In this document: one piece after another, positions 26,993-38,007 of the stretch
Layout of the letters: each line of letters opens with the position of its first letter
How positions within the stretch are numbered: the stretch's first letter is position 1
From: an uncultured Gemmatimonadales bacterium
GTDB taxonomy: Bacteria; Gemmatimonadota; Gemmatimonadetes; Longimicrobiales; RSA9
Length of the DNA: 64,000 nucleotides
Direction: 5' to 3'
NCBI GenBank assembly: GCA_963798845.1
Contig: CAWCUS010000005.1
Location: forward strand, 224,001-288,000
Position numbers and translations under genes: made by a program
Notes under the pieces: model-generated
The model's input: only the letters and a program-made list of their open reading frames with translations
The model's database searches: none
What the model was told of the DNA's origin: nothing

Positions 26993-29900
26993 ATGCGGCC
27001 GCCGCGGTCGCTTCCGCCTTCGCCAAAGGACGATGCTCTCGATGACGGTGCAGCAATAGCGTTCCCGCGCCTACAGGCCTTGCTCCGGCCGGCCCCGACA
27101 TCCGGCCGGGACGAGCTCCTGGCCGGCCCGATCCGCGGTGCGCTTCTCGGCACCGATCAACTCGCCGAAAAGGCCCGCAACGTCGCCCGGCGCGAACGCG
27201 TGCAGCTCCCCCCGCGGTCCCGCCGAGAGGGCGCCCTCCTCCTCCGGCTGGCCGAGACCCGACGCATCCTGGACGATGGGCACGCGGCGCTGTCGGCAGG
27301 CGCGGCCCGAGACGTCGACGTCGGTCCGGCGGGCGAATGGCTGTTGGACAACTTCCACATCGTGCGGGAGCACATGCGGGAAGTGCACGAGGCGCTGCCG
27401 CGCGGCTACTACCGTGAGCTGCCCGAGCTGGCGAGCGGGCGGCTGGCCGGACACCCGCGCGTGTACGAGCTCGCGATCGCGCTGATCTCCCACTCCGAAG
27501 CGCGCATCGACCTCGACAACCTGGACCTCTTCGTCTCCGCCTACCAGTCCGTCGCGCCCCTCGCGATCGGGGAGCTGTGGGCGTTGCCCGCGATGTTCCG
27601 GATCGCGCTGATCGAGAGCGTACGGCGCATGACGCTGCGGACGATGCGCCGGATGAGGGAGATCGAGGAGGCGGACGCCTGGGCACTCCGCATCGAAACC
27701 GCGAGCGAGCAGGGGGAGGACGAACTGGGGCAGGCACTGGATGCTTTCGTCGAGGCGCCGCCGCGCCTGACCGAGGTATTCATTGCCCGCTTCCTGCACC
27801 AGCTTCGTCTGACCCGGGGCGCATACCTTCCGCTCGTCGAGATCGAGGAATGGATCAGCGAGCGCATGGTGAGCGACGAAGTGGCGTCGGCGAGGGCGGC
27901 GCACCACCTGGCCCTCACGCAGGTCATGATGGCCCACAGCATCACGAGCCTGCGCACGATCGCACAGCTGGACTGGCGAGTGTTCGTCGAGCGGCACAGC
28001 GCGCTGGAGGCCGTCCTGCTCACCGACCCCGCAGGGTACCATGCACGCATGACGTTCGCCACGCGTGACCACTACCGCCACGTGGTCGAGCGCATCGCGC
28101 GCCGGACGCGTCAAGCGGAGGAGGACGTGGCGCGTGTGGCCGTGGACCTGGCCCGCGCCGCGTCCCAGGACCACGGGCCGGAGCACGTCCGATCCCACGT
28201 CGGCTACTACCTCGTGGACGACGGGCTCCGGGAGCTGGAGGCCGTCACCGGATACCGACCGCGCGTGCGGGAGGCCGTCCACCGCTGGGTGCTGCGGCAC
28301 CCGGACGCCGCGTTCTCCATGAGCTTGCTCACCGCCTTCATGGCAGCACTCGCCGCCGTGCTGTGGCTGGCCGGGCCAGGGGCCCGCGGCGCATGGATTC
28401 CGGTCCTCATCCTCGCGCTCATCCCGGCCAGCCACGTCGCCATCGTCGTGGTCGACCAGCTGGTCACGGTGCTGCTTCCGCCGCGCACGATCTCCAGGCT
28501 CGACCTCAGCCTTCGCGACGGCGTACCCGCGGAGTTCCGCACTGCCGTGGTCGTGCCCGCGCTGTTCGACAGCGTGGCAACCGTCGACGAAGCGTTCGAC
28601 CACCTCGAGGTCCAGTTCCTCGCCAACCGGGGAGCGCACCTGCATTTCGCCGTCCTGAGCGACTTCACCGACGCGGCGGAGGAAACCTGCGAGGATGATG
28701 CCGCGATCGTCGCTGCCGCGGTGGCGCGCGTCCACGACCTCAACGACCGCTACGCTCCCCGGAGTCGGGATGCCTTCCAGCTCTTTCATCGGCCCCGCCG
28801 CTGGAACGCGCGACAGGGCGTCTGGATGGGCTGGGAGCGGAAGCGGGGCAAGCTGGCTGATTTCAATCGCTTCCTGCGCGGTGGCGCGGGGGGTGCGTTC
28901 ACCACCATCGCCGGCAACGTGGAGCCGCTGGGCGCGGTCCGGTACGTCATCACGCTCGACGCCGATACCGTGCTGCCGCCCGGCAGCGCCGCGGAGCTCA
29001 TCGGCACCTTGGCGCACCCGCTCAATCGCGCCGTGTACGACCCGCAGCGCGGCCGTGTGGTGCGCGGCTACGGCATCCTCCAGCCGCGCGTGGGCGTCAC
29101 TCTTCCCAGCGCGCACCGATCCCACTTCTCGTTCATCCATTCGGGGCACCCGGGCGTGGATCCGTACACGACCGCCACGTCCGACGTGTACCAGGACCTG
29201 TTCGGCGAGGGCAGCTTCACCGGGAAGGGCATCTGACGATGTCGATGTGTTCGACCAGGCGACCCACGGTCGGTTCCCCGAGAACACTCTGCTGTCGCAT
29301 GACCTGATCGAGGGCAGCTACGCCCGCGCGGGGCTCGTCACCAGCATCATGGTCTACGACGACTATCCCTCGCGTTACCTCACGTTCACCCGCCGGAAGC
29401 ACCGCTGGATACGCGGCGACTGGCAGCTGCTCCGCTGGCTGTCGTCGCGCGTGCCGGGGCCGGACGGACCTGAGGCCAACCGGCTGCCGATCCTTTCGCG
29501 CTGGAAGATCTTCGACAACCTGCGACGCAGCACGGTGGAGATCGGGCTGCTGGTCCTTCTCGCCTCCGGCTGGCTGCTGCTCCCGGGCTCCATGCTGGTC
29601 TGGACCGCGCTGGTACTCGCCATCGTCGCCGCGCCCTGGATCGTCTCACTCCTGCTCGCCGCGCTGCGCCCCCCGCTCGACCGTTCGTGGCGGGCCTACT
29701 ACGCGTCCGTCGCTCGCGACGCGGGGACGGCCGCGCGACAGCTCGTCCTGGCTATCGCCTTCCTGCCCCACCAGGCGTGGGTGTCGGCCGATGCGATCCT
29801 CCGCACACTCTGGCGCCTGGGGGTCACGAAACGCCACCTGCTCGAGTGGCAGACCGCGTCCGCGGCGGAACGCGACGCGGGTACCGCCCGCGCCCGCGTG

Positions 29901-32900
29901 TGGCGAACGATGTCGCCGGCGGCGGCAGTCGGGGTGGCCCTCGCACTCAGCGCAATGGCTCGGGCGGCCGGCACGGGCTCGTCCGCGCTCTGGTGGACCG
30001 GCGTGCTGGTTGTCGGCTGCCTGGCCGTCCTGTGGGCCGCGTCGCCCGCCCTCGCCCACGCCCTCGACCGGCCGACCGCGCCACGGCGCCGGCAACTCAC
30101 GGCGGGACAGGCCGCCACGGCAACGGATCTCGCCCGGCTGCACTGGCGCTACTTCGACCGCTTCGTCGATGCTGGCACGCAGTGGCTGGTGCCGGACAAC
30201 GTGCAGGAAGAGCTCGGGGCCGCCGTCGCCATGCGCACCTCGCCCACGAACATCGGCCTCCAGCTGCTCGCAATCGGCAGCGCCCGCGACCTCGGATTCA
30301 TCACCTCCGAAGACATGACGCGGCGGCTGGAGCTGGTGTTCCGGGCCCTCGAACGCATGCGGCGCTTCCGCGGGCACTTCTTCAACTGGTACGACCTGCA
30401 TGATCTGGGCGTCCTCGAGCCGGCGTACATCTCGACCGTGGACAGCGGCAACCTCGCAGGCCATCTGCTGGCCATCCGGCAGGCCTGTCTGGATGCGCGC
30501 CCGGAGCCAGGGCAAGACGAAGGAGCAACCGGCCCCGCGCTGCGCGCCCGCCTGGACGCGCTCGCCGACCGCGCCGGCGACTACGTGGCCGAGATGGACT
30601 TCCGGTTCCTTTTCGACGAGGAGCGCGAGCTGTTCTCCATCGGCTACCAGCTCGCCAGCCAGTCGCTGGATGTTTCCCACTACGACCTGCTCGCGTCGGA
30701 GTCGCGGCTCGCGAGCTTTGTCGCGGTGGCGAAGAACGACGTGCCCCTCGACCACTGGTTCCGGCTCGGTCGCTCGTTGACCCACGCGTCGGGCGCCACC
30801 GCGCTCGTCTCCTGGAGCGGCAGCATGTTCGAGTACCTGATGCCAGTGCTCGTCATGCGCTCCCTTCCGGCAACGCTCCTCGATCAGACCTATCGCGGTG
30901 TGGTCCGGCGACAGATCGCCTACGGCGCCCTGCGCAGCGTGCCCTGGGGCGTGAGCGAGAGCGCGTACAACCTTCGGGATCATCAGCTCACGTATCAGTA
31001 CCGAGCGTTCGGCGTGCCGGATCTCGGCCTCAAGCGCGGGCTCGGACGGGACCTCGTCATCGCCCCGTACGCCTCCGCCCTGGCGCTGCTGGTCGAACCG
31101 GACCGCGCTCTGGCCAACCTCTCGGTGCTCGCCGGGTTGGACGCCCTCGGGCCCTACGGCTTCCGCGACGCCATCGACTACGCCCGGCCGGATCCAGGCG
31201 AGGACCACGCAGTGGTCCGCAGCTACATGGCGCACCACATCGGCATGAGCCTCGCCGCGCTGACGAACGTGCTCACCGACGACGTGTGGCAACGACGGTT
31301 CCACTCCGATCCCCTCGTGCAGTCGGCCGAGCTCCTGCTCCACGAGCGGATCCCGCGCCGCCTCGTGCTGCAACCGGCGAGAGCGGCCCGCGCCGCCGGG
31401 GCGCTGCCGCGCCCGGAGGCCGAGAACCAGGCCGTCCGCGAGCTCACCGGGCCGGACACCCCGCGGCCGCACGTCGCGCTGCTCGGCCGTCAGCCCTACA
31501 CCGTGATGGTGACGCACGCCGGGTCCGGATTCTCCCGGTACGAGGACATCGCGGTCACCCGCTGGCGCGCTGATGGCACCACGGACGCGATGGGCCAGTT
31601 CTGCTACGTGAGGGACGTGACAGGGGAGCGGGTGTGGTCGACGGCCCACCAGCCGGTGTGCGCTCCAGCCGATGCATACCGGGCCCTGCTCGCCAGCGAC
31701 CGCGTAACCTTCAATCGCGCCAATGGAGACATCGAGACGCGCACCGAGATCACGGTGGTTCCCGACGACGCCGCCGAAGTGCGCTGCGTGACGGTCACCA
31801 ACCACGCGCCTGAGCTGCGGGAGCTCGAGCTCACGAGCTACGGCGAGGTGGTGCTCGGTCCGCCGGAGGCCGATCGCGCGCATCCCGCGTTCGCCAACCT
31901 GTTCGTCGAGACGGAATGGCACGAGTGGTGTTCGGCGATCACCGCCACTCGGCGGCCCCGGTCCGCCGCGGAGCCCTCGCTCTGGTGCGTCCACGTGATG
32001 GACGCCGGTACCGCGCGGGTCGGACCCGTGTCGTACGAGACGGACCGCGCCCGCTTCATCGGCCGCGGCCGCACCACCCGAGCACCCGCAGCTCTCGACG
32101 GTCCCGGTCCGCTCTCGGGCACCACCGGCGCCGTGCTAGACCCGATCTTCGCGCTCCGGACGCGGCTCCGACTCGCGCCCGGAGAGTCTGCCACCGTCAC
32201 CTTCACCACGCTGGTCGCCGCCACGCGCAAGGCCGCGTTCGAGCTGGCCGACCGGTATCACGATTCGCATGCGGCGCAGCGCGCCCTCGACCTGGCATGG
32301 GCGTCCCAGCAGGTGGAGCTGCGCGAGCGGGACCTGACGCCCGCCGACGCCGCCATCTTCCAGGAGCTCGCCGGCTGCCTGCTCTATCCCCAGCGGGATC
32401 TCCGCGCCACGCCGGAGGAAGTACACCGCAACCGCGGGGCCCAGCCGCTGCTGTGGTCCACCGGCATATCCGGTGACCGGCGCATCGTCCTCGCCACCCT
32501 CGAGGGTACGGACGGTCTGCCGACACTGAGACAGGTGGCGGCCGCGCATCAGTTCTGGCGCCGCCGCGGCCTCATCGTGGATCTGGTCATCCTCTTCACG
32601 CAGCCCGCGTCCTACCTGAAGGAGCTGCAGGACCGGATCATGGAAACGCTGTTCGCCATTGGCGGCACGGACCTAGACCGGCCTGGCGGTGTCTTCCTCC
32701 GCAACGTCGAGTCGCTGGACCCGGACACGCTGCTCATGCTCCGCGCCACGGCCCGGCTCATCCTCCCGTGCGACGGGCGGTCGCTCACGCACCTGGACGC
32801 CCTGCTCGTGGAGCCGACGACCGTCTCCGCCGACCTCGACCCGGCGCCACCCGCGACAGGGCCGCGGATCCTCGAAAGACAGGACACGACCCCTGTCGCC

Positions 32901-35465
32901 CTGGATCGCTGGACTCACGCCCGGCCGCCCGCGCCGGCGAACGCAGACCTCCCGCCCCGGGAGCCCCCCAGCACACCCGATGCGGCTGCGCCCTCGTCCC
33001 TCGTGGATGAGCCCCACGCCGTCGACCCGCACCGCGCGGAGCTCATGTTCGACAACGGGCTGGGCGGCCTCGACCCGAAGGGGGACTACGTGATCCGCGT
33101 CGCGGGCGACGCCCTGCCGCCGGCGCCCTGGGTCAACGTCGTCGCGAACGAGCGCGGCGGGTTCATCGTCAGCGAGCGTGGCGCGGGCTGCACCTGGGCG
33201 GAGAGCAGCTATTTCTTCCGGCTGACGCCATGGCACAACGATCCGGTCAGCGACCCGATCTCCGACGTCCTCTTCTTGCGGGACGAGGCGTCCGGCGATC
33301 TGTGGAGCGCCACGCCCGCGCCGCTCGGGCACGATACCGAGTACACCGTCCGGCACGCGGCCGGCGCGTCGGTGTTCGAGGCCGAGCGGAACGGGATCGC
33401 CACCCGCCTCACGCTGAGCATGGCCGCCGATGAGCCGGTACGGTTGTCCCTCCTCCGGATCACCAACGGCGACGCCGTCGAGCGGCGCATCGGGCTGACA
33501 GCATACGTGGAATGGACGCTCGGCGCACAGCGCGAGGTCACGCAGCACCACGTGCGCACCGCGTTCGAGCCGGCGCTCGGAGCGGCTTTCGCCCGCAATT
33601 ACTTCGACCCGCAGTTCCACGGCCACGTCGCGTTCTGCGCCGTGAGCGAGCCGATCACCGGCAACACGGGGGACCGCCGCGAGTTCCTCGGCCGAAACGG
33701 GACGGTGCAGCGGCCCGCCGCCTTCCGGGGCCAACAGCTCTCCGGAGCGACGGGTACCGGCCTCGACCCCTGCGCCGCGCTCCGGTGCGTTCTCGTTCTC
33801 GCCCCTGGCGAGTCCCGCGAGGTAGCGGTGTCCCTCGGCGCGGCCGGCACCGAAACGGAAGCGCGCCAGCTCGCGACCCGGTTCCGCAGCGTCGACGCCG
33901 CCACGGCGTCCGTCGCGCGCACCATCGAAGAGTGGCACCAGCGCCTGTCGGTCATCACCGTGCGCACCCCAGATCCGGCGTTCGACGCCCTGCTCAACCG
34001 CTGGCTGCCATACCAGACGCTGTCCTGCCGCATGTGGGCCCGTTCCGCTCTCTATCAGAGCAGCGGCGCCTACGGATTCCGCGACCAGCTCCAGGACGCT
34101 CTTGCGTTCGTCCACGCGGAGCCCGCGCTGGCACGCGAGCACATCCTGCGCGCCGCCGCCCGCCAGTTCTGCGAGGGCGATGTCCAGCACTGGTGGCATC
34201 CCCACACGGGCGCCGGCGTGCGCACCCGCTTCTCCGACGACCTCGCCTGGCTGCCCTGGGTGGTCGATGAATATGTCACCCGGACCGGCAATGGCTCAGT
34301 ACTCGGGGAGTACGTGCCCTTCCTGACCATGCGTCCCCTGGAGCCGGGGGAGGGCGAGATCTATGACGTGCCTGGCACCAGCGACGAGCACGGCAGCGTC
34401 TACGAGCACTGCCTGCGCGCGCTCCGGCGCGCGTGCACGTCGGGCCCCCATGGCCTGCCGCTCATTGGCACTGGCGACTGGAACGACGGCATGAACCGCG
34501 TCGGCGTCGAGGGGCGGGGGGAGAGCGTATGGCTCGCCTGGTTCCTCATCGCGACGCTGCGCTCCTTCGCCGTCCGGGCCGCGGAACGCGGCGACGACGA
34601 GGTGGCCGGCGAGCTGCGCGGCCAGGCCGACCAGTACGCGGCGGCCGCGGAAACACACGGCTGGGACGGCGACTGGTACCTGCGCGCGTTCTTCGACAAT
34701 GGCACGCCGCTCGGCTCCAGCCGGAGCGACGAATGCCGCATCGACTCCATCGCCCAGAGCTGGAGCGTGATCTCCGGCGGCGGCGCCCCGGAGCGCCAGG
34801 CCCGCGCCATGCGCGCGCTCGAGGAGCACCTCGTGGACGAGGACGCTCGGCTGATCCGGCTCCTCACGCCCCCATTCGACAAGGCGCCGCGCGATCCAGG
34901 CTACATCAAGGGCTACCTGCCCGGCGTGCGGGAGAACGGCGCCCAGTACACCCACGCCGCCGCCTGGGCCGTCCTCTCCACGGCACGCTCGGGCGACGGC
35001 GGCCGCGCCTTCGACCTGTTCCAGATGCTCAACCCGCTGCTGCGCACCCGGACACCCGAGGACGTCGAGACCTACAGGGTCGAGCCGTACGTGATCGCGG
35101 CGGACGTCTATACCGCGCCCGGACACGTCGGCCGGGGCGGCTGGACCTGGTACACCGGCGCCGCGGGCTGGATGTACCGCGTCGGTCTCGAGGCCATCCT
35201 GGGCTTCGACCGCCGCGGCGACGTGCTGCGCATCGCGCCCCGCGTGCCCCTCGCGTGGCCCGAGCTCACAATCGACTACCGCTTCGGCAGCGCGCGATAC
35301 ACGATCGTCGTGGACGAGCCTGGCAGATTCACCGACGGCACCCGGGCGGAAGTGACGCTCAATGGCCGCGTCCTCGAGGGTCCCGACATCCACCTGGTGG
35401 ACGACGGGATGGTGCACCACGTGCTCGTGCGCCTCCCGGCCCCGAGGACGCATACTGCCGCGTAG
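26993..35465 (+). pseudogene. ndvB: Cyclic beta-1,2-glucan synthase (Cgs/NdvB/ChvB-like, GT84 + GH94) with a +1 frameshift at 29235
   Basis: EWLLDNF, WMGWERKRGKL, VITLDADT, GEGSFTGKGI|YDVD, LLSHDLIEG, RWIRGDWQ, QSSGAYGFRDQLQD, GDWNDG, ENGAQYTH, GWTWYTG. Deleting G29235 gives a single 2823-aa ORF. Confidence 0.9.
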
Positions 35466-35774
35466 ACAGCCGAGCTCGCTCCCGTCCTCCAGCGCCTCCC
35501 GAAGCACCGCCGCCTCCTTCTCCTCCGGCGGATCGTCGGCCGACTGCACGCTCACCTGGCAGGCACCGGTGGGGTTCCGCCTCCCTGCCTGCGTCGCACC
35601 AGGACTCCGACCGCGGCGTCCGGAGCCTGGCGGAGGTGAGCCGGTCGGCGATAAATCGGACAGAGGACTGGCCGGCTCGCCAGTCCTGGCGGGCCCATGT
35701 CACAGGTCGGCGTGGACGGAGAGACTCTGGCTGCCCGTCCAGGACGGATCGACGGGATGTGGAGGGGATCGACC

Positions 35775-36266
35775 ATGGGGAGAGCGGCGTTGGCGGCACT
35801 GATCATATTCAGTGCGATTGGCTGCGAGAGGGCGGACGAACGAGCGTCGCCCCGCACCAGGCCGGATCCGGCTCAGCCGCTCCCGGCCGGCGCGGTGGAC
35901 ACGACCAGGGAGGGATCCCGGCCCGCACCGGAAGTCGTGCTCCGGGCGGCCCTCGAGCGACTGCTGCGAGGTTCCGCAGACCCGCAGTCCGGCCATGGCT
36001 GGTTCTCGTCGAAAACAGCCGGGGCTCTCCGGACCGTCTCGGTCGATTCCGCCGGCCACGCGACCGTGGACTTCGAAGATCTTCGCGCCCTGATCCCCAA
36101 CGCATCCAGCTCCGCTGGCAGCGCCATCCTGCTGGAGGAGCTGAATTCCACTGTCTTCAGTGTGGACGGCGTGATCTCCGTAGACTACCTGATGGACGGA
36201 AGCTGCGACCAGTTCTGGGAATGGCTCCAGTACGGTTGCCACACCGTCCATGAGACGGAGAGGCGA
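35775..36266 (+). CDS. GerMN-domain lipoprotein (3' end uncertain; the ORF formally continues to 36935)
   Basis: GGAGGG RBS, AIG-C lipobox, LRAALERLLRG, ATVDFEDL...ASSSAGSAILLEELNSTVF, GSCDQFWEWLQ. Confidence 0.65.
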
Positions 36267-36355
36267 GTGCCACAACCAGCGTGGGATGTGAAGCGACGGC
36301 GACCCCTCGGAGCGGGGCATGACCACGCACCCGTCTCTCTATCGATTGGATTTCA

Positions 36356-37570
36356 TCAAGAGCCGCTTTCGACGACCTCCGGGGCCGCCGCAAGACGCAT
36401 GTCGTTCAGCCGGAGCATGGCGCCGATCCCGAACGCCGGCCCGACGGCCAGCAGGCTGAACGCCGGCCCCCAGCCGAAGCGCTCCGACACCGCGATCGCC
36501 AGGGAGATCGACACGGCCGTGAGCGCGAACCCGAGCGACGTCTGGAGCGTCAGCGCGGTCCCCACCGCATGCCGCGGCGCCACTTCCGTGACCACCGCGC
36601 TGAACTGCGCCGAGTCGGCAACGACCGCGAAACCCCATACCATGGCGAGTGCTACGACCACCACGGTGGGCGCGGCCATGAGCCAGCCGATCACCAGCGA
36701 GCAGGAGCCGCTCACCGCCATGGCCCAGATGGTCACGCGCTCGCGTCCGAGCCGGTCGGCCCAGGAGCCGGCGAGCACGCAGCCGAGGCCGCCGATGGCA
36801 ATGGCGCCGAAGCCGACCAGCGAGCCGAGCACCGCCGCGCTCGCGCCGCCCCCGGCCCGCGCGGCGAAGAATTGCGAAAAGAAGAGTGCCACGAGCGTCC
36901 AGCACGCGTACAATTCCCACATGTGGCCGAGATAGCCGAAGATCGCCAGGCGCGTCGGACGGTGAGCCAGGACGCTCCGGGCGAGCCCGAGGGAGAAGGG
37001 GCGTCGCTCGAACGGGTGGGGCCCGGGTCGGTAGCCGAGCAGGACGAGGAGGGCGGCCAGCGTCGCTCCGCCGGAGGCGGTGAGCAGGACGAACGGCACG
37101 CTCGCCTCGGCAAAGGCGTGGACGAGGTAGGGGGTCGCTTTCCCGACCGTGAGGGCTCCAACGACGGTGCCAATGGCAAGGCCACGGCCGCTCCGGAACC
37201 AGGTGGCCACCATCTTCATGGCCGGCGGATAGACGCCGGCGAGGAAGAAGCCTGTGAGGAACCGTAGGATGAGGGCAGACGCGAAGCCGGGTGCGAGGAG
37301 GATCCCGGCGTTGACGGCGGCACCGAGCAGGGCAGAGCCGACGAAGTAGGGGCGATCCGGGAGGACATCGGCGAGGTTGAGGAGAGCGGCCAGGCCCGTG
37401 CCGACCACGAAGCCGATCTGCACCACCGTGGTCAGCCATCCCGCCTCCGCCGGCGTGAGATGCCAGAGCGCCTCGAGCTGCGGGGAAACGGCGCTCGCGG
37501 TGAACCACAGGGACATCCCCATGAGCTCGGCACCGCTAAGCAGCGCCAGGATGCTCCAACGGCTGTTCAA
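36356..37570 (-). CDS. MFS transporter
   Basis: About 12 TMs. MSLWFTASAV, RFLTGFFLAGVYPPAMK, GYLGHMWELYA, WADRLGR, ADSAQFS. TTG start after a G-rich RBS. Confidence 0.92.
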   Translation of the reverse strand: MNSRWSILALLSGAELMGMSLWFTASAVSPQLEALWHLTPAEAGWLTTVVQIGFVVGTGLAALLNLADVLPDRPYFVGSALLGAAVNAGILLAPGFASALILRFLTGFFLAGVYPPAMKMVATWFRSGRGLAIGTVVGALTVGKATPYLVHAFAEASVPFVLLTASGGATLAALLVLLGYRPGPHPFERRPFSLGLARSVLAHRPTRLAIFGYLGHMWELYACWTLVALFFSQFFAARAGGGASAAVLGSLVGFGAIAIGGLGCVLAGSWADRLGRERVTIWAMAVSGSCSLVIGWLMAAPTVVVVALAMVWGFAVVADSAQFSAVVTEVAPRHAVGTALTLQTSLGFALTAVSISLAIAVSERFGWGPAFSLLAVGPAFGIGAMLRLNDMRLAAAPEVVESGS

Positions 37571-38007
37571 TGCCCCCCCTCTGCCTGGTGCGAGCCGACT
37601 GGACGCGGACCGACCCGCCACACTCGCCGCTCACGGCTGCTCGCCGCAAGGCCCGCCGGGCGTCGCCGGGATCCCGCGGCACCACTTGCGCGCGGCTCGA
37701 TCGCGGCTCAATGTTGCAGAGCCGTTCAAACTCATCACATCCATTGGCGGCGTCACGTTATTTCTCTCGACTGACATGCACAGGCAGGAGCGCGAGATCT
37801 GGCGCCATCCTCATTGGCGCGGCATCGCCCGGGCGACGACCCGGCCTTCGCGGGATTCTCGCGTGTCCTTCCCCCCATATCTCCACCCCCGGCCCCGCCG
37901 GGTCATCGGTGCCCTTCGTCCGCGCGAAAGGAGGGGCTGAAAGGCGGACGGACTGCAGTCCGACGGCACAGACGTACGGACATCCACCCTGCCAAGGAGG
38001 GAATAGT

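Noticed and set aside
29225..29245. Programmed frameshift or selenocysteine readthrough at the cgs TGA
   Set aside because: The downstream half is in a different frame, so readthrough would not restore it, and no slippery sequence is present.
35470..35690. Intergenic stretch with a 9-bp hairpin (35664-35687) and a coding-like minus-strand fragment
   Set aside because: No RBS-supported ORF or recognisable RNA family, so the support is too weak.
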